In this document: in pieces, positions 35,711 through 44,149 of the stretch
Numbering within the stretch: position 1 is the stretch's first letter
Layout of the letters: each line of letters starts with the position of its first letter
DNA from: a virus
Length of the DNA stretch: 49,085 nt
UHGV virus genome: UHGV-0323165
Strand: one strand, 5' to 3'
Position numbers and translations under genes: made by a program
The notes under the pieces: generated by a model
The model's input: only the letters and a program-made list of their open reading frames with translations
Databases searched by the model: none
What the model was told of the DNA's origin: nothing

Positions 35711-37617
35711 AATACGGAAGCGTGTGCAGCGGCATCGAAGCTGCCAGTAAAGCGTGGGAACCTCTCGGCTGGAAACCTGCCTGGTTCTCTGAAATCGAAC
35801 CATTCCCATCCGCAGTCCTCGCCCATCACTGGCCGGAAGTAACCAATCTTGGCGACATGACCAAAATCGCCGATGCGGTGCGCGCTGGTGATGTCGAAGC
35901 GCCTGATGTTCTTGTCGGTGGCACGCCCTGCCAGGCATTCAGTATCGCAGGCTTACGTGAAGGCCTGTCTGACGACCGCGGCCAGTTAACCCTCTCTTAC
36001 GTGGAATTAGCCAATGCAATCGACGCAAAGCGCCGCGAACGCGGTGAGCCAGAAGCAATCATCGTCTGGGAAAACGTCCCCGGCGTGCTCAGCAGCAAAG
36101 ACAATGCCTTCGGGTGCTTTCTGGCAGGACTTGCCGGAGAAAGCAGTGAATTGCAGCCAGCAGGGGGAAAATGGACGCACGCAGGTTGTGTGTCTGGACC
36201 AGAAAGGGTTATCGCCTGGCGCGTCCTTGATGCTCAATTTTTCGGAGTGGCCCAACGACGCCGCCGTGTGTTCGTTGTCGCAAGTGCTCGAAAAGGATTC
36301 GATCCCGCAGCGGTACTTTTTGAGCTCGACAGCGTGCGCCGGGATTCTGCGCCGCGCCGAGAATCGCAAAAGGCAGTTGCCGCACTTACTGCAAGAGGTG
36401 TTGGAACGTGTGGCGCAGACGACAATCAGGCACAAGCTGGACATCTGATAGCTCAGTGCGCTAATGGTGACGTTAGCCACACATTAAAGGGTGAAGGGTT
36501 TGATGGTAGTGAGGACGGAACCGGGAGAGGTGTTCCAGTTGTGGCTTTCGGCGGTGGAAATACCAGTGGAAACATCGATGTTGCTGCCTGCCTGACTGCG
36601 AAAGGCCAGAGAATAGACTTTGAAGTGGAAACCTTCGCAGTGCACGGCACGCAGGATCCAGATACCAACCGAGAACTTGCGCACACGCTCGGACGCAACA
36701 ACGGACAGGAAAACGCGATAGTTACTGAACCATTCACATTGGCAATCCGTGGGCGATCAGAAGGAAGTACGGTCGAAGTGAGAAATGACGGCACAGCCAA
36801 CGCGCTGTTGACGCCGAATGGCGGCCGTGCAGGCATGGGTGTAGGGGCTATCGGGTGGGGTATGCAGGTTCGCCGCCTAACACCGATTGAGTGTGAGCGC
36901 CTTCAGGGCTTCCCTGATAATCACACCCTGATCGGCTGGCGCGGGAAGAATGCTGATGAATGCCCGGACGGTCCACGTTATAAAGCTATCGGCAACAGTA
37001 TGGCAGTGCCGGTAATGCGCTGGATTGGTGAGCGCATCGCCGCAGCGCTGCCAGCAGAGAAATTGAATGGTGATTATGGCGGAAGTAAAACCCCGCTCGA
37101 CCAGCGCGACCTCTGGCGCACTCCACCAGCCCTCTTCGCTGCATTGGATGCTGAGTTCTGCTTTCAGTTGGATGCCGCCGCGGCGCCGCATAACGCGCTA
37201 TGCCGCAAGTTCATTACAGCCGAGCAGAACACACTGGAAACGCCCTGGGCTGATTATCTGAATGTGCCTGTCTACGTCTGGCTTAACCCGCCATACAGCG
37301 ACATCACCCCTTTCGTGAAAAAGGCTGCCGCCGAGAGCTCCAATCAGATCGGCACGGTCATGCTGGTACCGGCAGACACTTCGGTTGGCTGGTTTAAGGA
37401 GGCTATTCAAACCGCCAGTGAGGTTCGCTTCATCACCGCCGGGCGGCTGGCATTTATTAACCCGGTCACCGGTAAGCCAGTGTCGGGAAATAACAAAGGG
37501 TCGATGCTCATCATCTGGCGACCGTACCCGCGTACACACTGCCACTTCGCAACTGTGGACCGGGACGAGCTGATGGCTTTCGGGGTGAAACTTCTCGCCC
37601 GCCGGGAGGCCGCATGA
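35707..37617 (+). CDS. fused DNA methyltransferase: C5-cytosine MTase N-terminal part plus phage Dam-like N6-adenine MTase C-terminal part
   Basis: C5 motifs: motif I SGIEAAS, GGTPCQAFS and ENVPG. C-terminal (D/N)PPY-type motif NPPYS with a phage Dam-like context. AGGAGG RBS. Confidence 0.75.
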   Translation: MKYGSVCSGIEAASKAWEPLGWKPAWFSEIEPFPSAVLAHHWPEVTNLGDMTKIADAVRAGDVEAPDVLVGGTPCQAFSIAGLREGLSDDRGQLTLSYVELANAIDAKRRERGEPEAIIVWENVPGVLSSKDNAFGCFLAGLAGESSELQPAGGKWTHAGCVSGPERVIAWRVLDAQFFGVAQRRRRVFVVASARKGFDPAAVLFELDSVRRDSAPRRESQKAVAALTARGVGTCGADDNQAQAGHLIAQCANGDVSHTLKGEGFDGSEDGTGRGVPVVAFGGGNTSGNIDVAACLTAKGQRIDFEVETFAVHGTQDPDTNRELAHTLGRNNGQENAIVTEPFTLAIRGRSEGSTVEVRNDGTANALLTPNGGRAGMGVGAIGWGMQVRRLTPIECERLQGFPDNHTLIGWRGKNADECPDGPRYKAIGNSMAVPVMRWIGERIAAALPAEKLNGDYGGSKTPLDQRDLWRTPPALFAALDAEFCFQLDAAAAPHNALCRKFITAEQNTLETPWADYLNVPVYVWLNPPYSDITPFVKKAAAESSNQIGTVMLVPADTSVGWFKEAIQTASEVRFITAGRLAFINPVTGKPVSGNNKGSMLIIWRPYPRTHCHFATVDRDELMAFGVKLLARREAA

Positions 37618-37680
37618 CGCCAGAAACAGACAACGCCATCCGCGCCGCCTGCCGCCGCTGCACCGAAGAAATCTAGCAGG

Positions 37681-37833
37681 CAATGCGCAAGAAGCCAAAG
37701 CCAAACTGGAACGAAACGGTTCCTCCCATCATCAACAAGCATCACAAGAAAATTGAAGCTCTGGGAGTTAGCCTCCTGGAGTTCGTCGTATACACAGGGC
37801 TGATTAATCGCCGCTTCGGAGTGGAATCGTGAA
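37681..37833 (+). CDS. small basic hypothetical protein (50 aa)
   Basis: Below the ORF-track threshold. Its stop overlaps the GTG start of the next gene. Confidence 0.3.
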
Positions 37834-38125
37834 AGTTTATATTGCCGGGCCGATGAGCGGCCTACCTAATTTTAACCGTGCCGCTTTTAACCATGCGCAT
37901 TTTCATCTCTGGTCGAAAGGCCATATTGTTCTGAATCCCGCCCGTCTACCAGATGGATTAACCCAGGCCGAGTACATGGACATCTGCCTGTCTATGCTTC
38001 GCTGTGCTGATGCTATCTACATGCTTGAAGGCTGGGAGCACTCCGCTGGCGCCCGCGCGGAGAATGCCCTGGCCAAGAAGCTGGAAATGGAAATTATCTT
38101 CCAGGAAGAGGATCGCGCCGCATGA
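37829..38125 (+). CDS. DUF4406-family protein (nucleoside deoxyribosyltransferase-like fold)
   Basis: MKVYIAGPMSG... is the typical N-terminus. GTG start with a GGAGTGG RBS. Confidence 0.6.
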   Translation: MKVYIAGPMSGLPNFNRAAFNHAHFHLWSKGHIVLNPARLPDGLTQAEYMDICLSMLRCADAIYMLEGWEHSAGARAENALAKKLEMEIIFQEEDRAA

Positions 38126-38313
38126 ACAGAGCCTCACCAGTTGATTTGAGAAAAAGCCTCGAAATTGCCAACCATCTTGCGCACATCGGCATTCGCTTTG
38201 TGCCGATCCCGGTGGCGACCGAAGAAGAATTCCAGACGCTGGCCGCCGAGCTATCGCGACGGCTTGAGCAGATGGCTGTCGAAGCCGAAAAGAATGAAGG
38301 CGGTGCAGCATGA
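38122..38313 (+). CDS. hypothetical protein
   Basis: 63 aa with ATGA coupling. Confidence 0.4.
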   Translation: MNRASPVDLRKSLEIANHLAHIGIRFVPIPVATEEEFQTLAAELSRRLEQMAVEAEKNEGGAA

Positions 38314-38401
38314 AGGCACTAATCACCAGGTCGCTATCGCGGCCTTTTTTATTGCTGGCGTTCACCTTCAACCGAATTAACAGACAGTTCGCGGAGTGAC
38401 T

Positions 38402-38671
38402 ATGGAAGATTTTAAAGGCACTAAAGGTAATTGGTCATACAGCAAAGAGACCGGAACAATTCGCGGCGACGGCGGCCTTATCGCCGAGTTACTGATTAAT
38501 GGCTCCGAAGATGATAACGGCGCGCTCATGGCCGCCGCACCAGATTTACTGGAAGCGTTACAGCTAACCGAGAAAGCAATGGCAGAAGGCCGAAACGTTA
38601 CATACCCGGAATGGTACGGCGTAATCAACAAAGCCCGCGCGGCCATCCACAAAGCCCTCGGTAAGGAGTGA
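38402..38671 (+). CDS. hypothetical protein
   Basis: ATG at 38402 with GGAG 5 nt upstream. 89 aa. Confidence 0.45.
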   Translation: MEDFKGTKGNWSYSKETGTIRGDGGLIAELLINGSEDDNGALMAAAPDLLEALQLTEKAMAEGRNVTYPEWYGVINKARAAIHKALGKE

Positions 38672-38673
38672 CC

Positions 38674-38892
38674 ATGGCCGATATCATCGATACCGCAGCA
38701 GAGATTGAAGAGCTTCAGCGTAACGCTGCCCTTTCCGCTCACCGCATCGACCGTAACGCCGTATCAGCTGAGCGTTGTGAAGAATGCGACGAACCAATTC
38801 CCGAGCCGCGACGCGCTGCCGTTCCCGGCTGCCAGACGTGCGCGGAGTGTCAATTTATTTTAGAAAAGAGAAGAAAATTGCAGGGAGGTTGA
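38674..38892 (+). CDS. TraR/DksA-family C4 zinc-finger protein
   Basis: CEECDEPIP...CQTCAEC motif. AAGGAG RBS. Confidence 0.6.
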   Translation: MADIIDTAAEIEELQRNAALSAHRIDRNAVSAERCEECDEPIPEPRRAAVPGCQTCAECQFILEKRRKLQGG

Positions 38893-38893
38893 T

Positions 38894-39532
38894 ATGTCTG
38901 ATTTGAGTCATGAGAGACTTCTGCAACTACTTGAATATGATGAATTAACAGGAGTTTTCATAAGGAAGGTTCGCACAAGCGCGAGTACTAAGAAAGGTGA
39001 GCGTGCTGGATTCAATAATGGTGATGGATATCTACGCGTCATGGTTGATGGAAAGAGATATCTCCTTCATCGCCTAGCTTGGTTCTATGTCCATAAACGT
39101 TGGCCAAAGAACGTTATTGACCATATCAATGGAGATGGAAGCGATAACAGAATCTCAAATCTGCGTGAGGCAGATTCCGAACAGAACTCCAGAAATTCAA
39201 GGCTCAGGGTTGATAATAAATCTGGAGCTAAGGGTGCTAGCTATCACAAGCGAATAGGCATGTGGATTGCCACAGCAAGATTAAACGGCAAACAAGTGCA
39301 TCTTGGCGCCTTCAAAACAAAAGAAGAAGCCATCTCCGTTTCGAACCAATTTCGAACTGAGAATCACAAAGAATTTTGCAATCTTGGCTCAGCAGAAGAC
39401 ATTAAGAGAAACACACGCATAGCCACAATTGACGGGCTAATCGATGGGTATCTCAAAAAAACAGGCGGCAATTACAAAGGCCTTGGTGCCGCCATCGTCG
39501 ACTATATCTCCCTTCTCAATAAGCTTGAATGA
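38894..39532 (+). CDS. HNH homing endonuclease with AP2 domain (second copy)
   Basis: LHRLAWFYVHKRWP...IDHINGDGSDNRISNLR motif. Paralog of 7196..7687. Confidence 0.8.
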   Translation: MSDLSHERLLQLLEYDELTGVFIRKVRTSASTKKGERAGFNNGDGYLRVMVDGKRYLLHRLAWFYVHKRWPKNVIDHINGDGSDNRISNLREADSEQNSRNSRLRVDNKSGAKGASYHKRIGMWIATARLNGKQVHLGAFKTKEEAISVSNQFRTENHKEFCNLGSAEDIKRNTRIATIDGLIDGYLKKTGGNYKGLGAAIVDYISLLNKLE

Positions 39533-39640
39533 CGCAACTGATAGCCAGTTATGAGCTGGCTATTGGGTGCGAAAGCACTGCATCACATCCCTTGATGTTA
39601 TTGCCGCCTACGGGCGGCTTCTTTTTGCCTGGAGAAAACC

Positions 39641-39889
39641 ATGAGCGACATTATTCAGTTGGTACCGAATAAATGGGTCACAGAGGAACTTTTAACTGCG
39701 ACAACCGGCATGTCAAAGCACATGATTCAGCATGCCCGCCGGTCTACCTGGATGGAGGGAAAGCATTATCGCCATGTTGCCCCTGATATGGCACCTAAGC
39801 AAAACAGCCCAATCATGTATAACCGCGATGAGATAAACCACTGGATCGAGCACCAAAGCCCAGCGAAACGCCGGAGAATATCTGCTTAA
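39641..39889 (+). CDS. xis: excisionase
   Basis: 82 aa DNA-binding protein immediately upstream of int. Confidence 0.55.
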   Translation: MSDIIQLVPNKWVTEELLTATTGMSKHMIQHARRSTWMEGKHYRHVAPDMAPKQNSPIMYNRDEINHWIEHQSPAKRRRISA

Positions 39890-39921
39890 ATGTCCTTTGG
39901 CACATCAAACGAGGAATGATT

Positions 39922-41202
39922 ATGGCAGCATACCCAACAGGCGTAGAGGTTCATGGCGAATCGTTACGCATATGGTTCATATATCAGGGGAAGCGTGTCA
40001 GGGAAAATCTCGGCGTTCCTGACACGCCAAAAAACAGGAAAATGGCAGGCGAACTTCGGGCTTCAGTCTGCTTTGCGATAAAGACAGGCACATTCAATTA
40101 TGCCTCGCAATTCCCTGATTCATCGAACGCAGAGAAATTCAGCACTGTCAGAAAGCAAATCTCACTACTTGAACTGAAATCGAAATGGCTTGGGCTTAAA
40201 GAGATGGAGCTTAGCCTCGGGACGTTGAGGCGTTACGATTGCCACCTCACAACCACTATCGAAACAATTGGTGAGCACAGGTATATCGGCAGCCTGAACA
40301 CTGAAGATATCCTTAGTGCCAGGAAGGAGCTACTGAACGGCTGGCAGAAGACCAGACATGGCCTAAATCATCCACCCAAAAAGGGAAGAAGCGTTCCTAC
40401 AGTCAATAGCTATATGGCATGCCTTGGCGGGATGCTGAGCTTTGCTTTCAAAAGTGGCTACCTGAAAACCGATCTGATGGCAGGTATTACCCCTCTCGCA
40501 AAAGAAAGACCCATTCCAGATCCTCTTACTTCTGATGAGTATCAGAGAGTGGTTGCGGCCTGCCCAACGCTACAGTTTCAGAATATGGTTATCTTTGCGG
40601 TAAATACAGGCGTCAGGCATGGCGAACTAAGCGCGTTATCCTGGGAGGATGTGGATACTGTCAACTGGACTGTTACAGTGTCACGGAACTATTCCCTGAA
40701 GGGAAACTTCACCCTGCCAAAAACCAACTCCGGGATTCGAACAATACAGCTGACCCAGCCAGCAATTGATGCACTCAAGGCGCAAATGCCACTGACCAGA
40801 ATGATGGCATCCCACAAGGTAAGCGTCAGCCTACGGGAATACAAAAAAAAGAGAACCGATGAATGCACCTTTATATTCTCGCCGTCCATTACTTCAATGA
40901 ACGGTAAGAAGACGATGTGCTACGTCCCCGGATCCATTAATTCAGCCTGGCGCACTGCCCTGCGTCGTGCAGGCGTCCGACAAAGACGGTCTTATGAAAC
41001 CAGGAACACATATGCGTGCTGGGCACTGGTCGCCGGAGCGAACCCAAATTTCGTTGCGCACCAGATGGGCCATTCGTCAGCGCAAATGCTATTCACGGTT
41101 TACGGTAAATGGATGACCGAGAATAACCATGACCAGGTGAGCATTTTGAACGCATCATTTACTCAAAATGCCCCACCGATGCCCCATAGAAAAACCGCAT
41201 AA
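39922..41202 (+). CDS. int: tyrosine integrase (lambda Int family)
   Basis: Arm-binding N-terminal domain followed by the catalytic R..HxxR..Y region (..HQMGHSSAQMLFTVYGKW..). Confidence 0.9.
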   Translation: MAAYPTGVEVHGESLRIWFIYQGKRVRENLGVPDTPKNRKMAGELRASVCFAIKTGTFNYASQFPDSSNAEKFSTVRKQISLLELKSKWLGLKEMELSLGTLRRYDCHLTTTIETIGEHRYIGSLNTEDILSARKELLNGWQKTRHGLNHPPKKGRSVPTVNSYMACLGGMLSFAFKSGYLKTDLMAGITPLAKERPIPDPLTSDEYQRVVAACPTLQFQNMVIFAVNTGVRHGELSALSWEDVDTVNWTVTVSRNYSLKGNFTLPKTNSGIRTIQLTQPAIDALKAQMPLTRMMASHKVSVSLREYKKKRTDECTFIFSPSITSMNGKKTMCYVPGSINSAWRTALRRAGVRQRRSYETRNTYACWALVAGANPNFVAHQMGHSSAQMLFTVYGKWMTENNHDQVSILNASFTQNAPPMPHRKTA

Positions 41203-41394
41203 CCTTAACTATCTGATTTAACATATTAATATCACTTCAATCATGATTCATCTGGAGACTATTAAGTCTTTTAACGAAGTGGCTTGATGTTGGATTGATG
41301 TGCGGTAACTTCTGCTATGTTGCCGCGATACGATTTGTCATGTGCAATGAACTAACGTCGTTTCGCGGTAACTTTATGCCCCACCCATGCCCCA

Positions 41395-41715
41395 TCACAT
41401 CACCGGGGAGTCATCTTCCCTTACTCGGTTGATGAAGAACGTCGCCACTCCCAGCACCTCCACTTCGGCAAGTGCAGCCCCCTCTATTGCCTCTCCATCA
41501 TCCGTAATGAGCGCCTTGCCCATCAGCTTGGCAAACTGCGTGCGTCCATCACTCAGAATCAGAAGGACATCTCCTTCGCAGGTTTTCACGCATGGTTCGA
41601 TAACCGCAAAACCAATATCTGTCTCCAGCACTTTGCTATCCGCTCCAATGTTACACAGCACAACAGGTGATAGTTGTTGCTCGACGTAATCCGATGCCGG
41701 TGAAGGAAAGCCCAT
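41395..41715 (-). CDS. UmuD'-like S24-fold protein lacking the catalytic serine segment
   Basis: Begins MGFPSPASDYVEQ, which matches UmuD just after its Cys-Gly cleavage site. The conserved Lys region (FAKL) and the C-terminal dimerisation strands are present. The SGDSM segment is absent. Confidence 0.5.
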   Translation of the reverse strand: MGFPSPASDYVEQQLSPVVLCNIGADSKVLETDIGFAVIEPCVKTCEGDVLLILSDGRTQFAKLMGKALITDDGEAIEGAALAEVEVLGVATFFINRVREDDSPVM

Positions 41716-41954
41716 TATTGCACCCTCCCCATGTTACGCAGGATCCAGTATCGGTTATCGCTGTGGTCTGTTGTCTTATCCACAAAGTCTTGCTGGTAAC
41801 GTTCTATCCATGCATTGGCATCTGACCGGGTAAAGTGCCAGTTGTAGTCACGCAGCTTCTCTATGAAGCTATCGGTCCGAAGGTACTGGTAGCCCTTTGG
41901 GTTTAGCTGTATTGCCGCAATAAAGGCGGTCTTTATGTCTGCTGTGCGTGGCAT
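41715..41954 (-). CDS. hypothetical protein (79 aa), upstream partner of the UmuD'-like gene
   Basis: Start MPRTADIK has a GAGGTGA RBS. TAATG overlap with the downstream gene. Confidence 0.45.
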   Translation of the reverse strand: MPRTADIKTAFIAAIQLNPKGYQYLRTDSFIEKLRDYNWHFTRSDANAWIERYQQDFVDKTTDHSDNRYWILRNMGRVQ

Positions 41955-42175
41955 GGTCACCTCACAAAATAACTGTATGCATGTACAGTATAAATTGATA
42001 AAAAGGTAGATCAAGTGGCTCTCGCTCTGCTTTTGGTAAGCTTTTGCTGGCGTTTAATTTTTAATTTTGAGTCATCGCGATAGAAATGGTTAGCATCCTT
42101 TGGTTTTTACACTTTTGATATCATGCTAGTATTGGGATAATTCTTAATAGATTTCACTTTACAAGGGATTTGAGA

Positions 42176-44116
42176 ATGTCTTCTCTATCGCACCCTAAGT
42201 ACAGGGCTGACATAGATGGTTTAAGGTCGATAGCAGTTCTTGCGGTGGTTATTTTTCATGCTTTCCCATCGCTTTTACCTGGAGGCTTTGTAGGTGTTGA
42301 TATATTCTTCATCATTTCAGGATATTTAATATCTACTATTATCTTTAACAATGTTAACACAAGCTCTTTTAGCTTTGTTGACTTCTATATACGCCGCGCT
42401 AACAGAATATTTCCGTCGCTGGTATTAGTTCTGCTGTCATGCTGGGTGTTTGGCTGGTTCTCTTTATATTCAGATGAGTTTGCCAATTTAGGTAAATTGA
42501 TGGCTGGCGGTGCTGGTTTTGTGGCTAACATCGTCCTGTTGTTTGAAAGTGGTTATTTTGATGCCGCTTCAGAGACAAAGATCCTTTTGCATTTATGGAG
42601 TCTCGGCATTGAAGAGCAGTTCTATCTTATCTGGCCGGTGCTGCTAATAGCAGCAAAAAGACTCAAGTTTAACTTCCTGTATGTGACGCTATTCTGCATA
42701 TTAATTTCATTTATATATTCAGTTAAAACTCTTCCAGCTGACCCTACTCTTGCGTTTTACTCGCCATTGTCAAGGTTTTGGGAGCTTTTGCTGGGTGCAT
42801 TACTTGCATGGATCACAATAAATCAGAAAAAAATTTCTCGTGGTGAAATAAATAAAGGATATGCGCTGCAACATGCAGCGTCATTTTCTGGTGTAGCATT
42901 AATCACTTTATCCTTGATATTCGTCAGCAAAAGCAATTTTCCTGGTGTTATGGCTTTAGGGCCTACCATTGGATCAATTCTCATCATAGGCTCTGGTCCT
43001 TTCGCCTACTTTAACCGGTATGTATTATCATCTCGTCCACTCGTTTTCATCGGGATAATAAGCTACCCGCTATATTTATGGCACTGGCCGATATTTACAT
43101 ATCTGAGAGTCATCAACGGAACAGAGCCAACATGGTTGGTTATGTCTGCTGCTATCTTAGCCTCTATCGTCCTGTCCGTAGCGACATACTATTTATGGGA
43201 AAAACCAATCCGATTTAGTAATAAAAAAGGGCTAACTGCTATCTTACTGACGTTGTCTGTTGCGATCATCGGTTTTTCTGGGTACTACACTTTCACCAGC
43301 AAAGGGATTCCGTCACGCTCAACGGTTGAGAACGCCAAGCTCATCAACTCCCAGTTCGTTGGTGCTGAATGGAAATTCTCTAAAAATGATATCTGCCTGA
43401 ACCGCTATCCATTTGAAGACGCGGATAATTACAAGTGGTGGTTCTGCATGCAGAATGAAGACAAATCACCAGATGTTTTGATTCTTGGAACTAGTTTCGC
43501 AAATCATCTATTCCCTGGGCTTGTTGATAATGACCCAGAGCATAAAACATTCCTGTCAATTGGAACGTGCGACCCTTTCCTCGACGAAAAACAATCTGAG
43601 TGGATGCCAGCTATCCACCCTTGCTATGGTTCACGTGCAGGCGATCAGTTTAGATTTATCAATAAAGTTATTGAGAATAATAAATCCATACATACTGTTG
43701 TGATTGATGGTCTTTCAGTTAACCCTGATAAGGAGTACCTGAACAGAATCGGCAGTTACGTGAAACATCTTAGTGACATGGATATCAAAACTATCATTTT
43801 CCTTCCTCATGCGCGGCCTGGTTTTAACACCAAAGCTTGCTTTGCCAGACCTTTCAAGGAGCCTACAAATTCATGTGTAGTGGATGCGGATGAACATAAT
43901 AAGACTGTAAAAGCATATGATACTTTCGCACATGAACTAAGAAAACAATCACCAAGCACAGTTTTCTTCGATCAGAGCAAAGCATATTGTGATGGTAAGG
44001 AATGCCATTTCATAAAAAACAGCCTTCCATTATTCAGGGATGAAGGTCATTACTCATTTTATGGCAGTGACCTGATAGGAAAGGAATTCTACAACTTCAT
44101 TAGAAAACAAAACTGA
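42176..44116 (+). CDS. O-antigen acyltransferase (OafA/Oac-type: acyltransferase_3 membrane domain plus SGNH C-terminal domain)
   Basis: A membrane domain with multiple transmembrane helices and conserved His/Arg residues (RADIDGLRSIAVLAVVIFH), followed by an SGNH-like C-terminus. Strongly AT-rich. AAGGGA RBS. Confidence 0.85.
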   Translation: MSSLSHPKYRADIDGLRSIAVLAVVIFHAFPSLLPGGFVGVDIFFIISGYLISTIIFNNVNTSSFSFVDFYIRRANRIFPSLVLVLLSCWVFGWFSLYSDEFANLGKLMAGGAGFVANIVLLFESGYFDAASETKILLHLWSLGIEEQFYLIWPVLLIAAKRLKFNFLYVTLFCILISFIYSVKTLPADPTLAFYSPLSRFWELLLGALLAWITINQKKISRGEINKGYALQHAASFSGVALITLSLIFVSKSNFPGVMALGPTIGSILIIGSGPFAYFNRYVLSSRPLVFIGIISYPLYLWHWPIFTYLRVINGTEPTWLVMSAAILASIVLSVATYYLWEKPIRFSNKKGLTAILLTLSVAIIGFSGYYTFTSKGIPSRSTVENAKLINSQFVGAEWKFSKNDICLNRYPFEDADNYKWWFCMQNEDKSPDVLILGTSFANHLFPGLVDNDPEHKTFLSIGTCDPFLDEKQSEWMPAIHPCYGSRAGDQFRFINKVIENNKSIHTVVIDGLSVNPDKEYLNRIGSYVKHLSDMDIKTIIFLPHARPGFNTKACFARPFKEPTNSCVVDADEHNKTVKAYDTFAHELRKQSPSTVFFDQSKAYCDGKECHFIKNSLPLFRDEGHYSFYGSDLIGKEFYNFIRKQN

Positions 44117-44122
44117 GTTAAA

Positions 44123-44149
44123 GGGGCCGAAAGCGGCCCCTTATTTTTA
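44123..44149. terminator. bidirectional rho-independent terminator between convergent genes
   Basis: ggggccg-aaag-cggcccc hairpin flanked by T runs on both strands. Confidence 0.65.

Noticed and set aside
36007-36480. Minus-strand 157-aa ORF
   Set aside because: It is embedded antisense within the methyltransferase gene.
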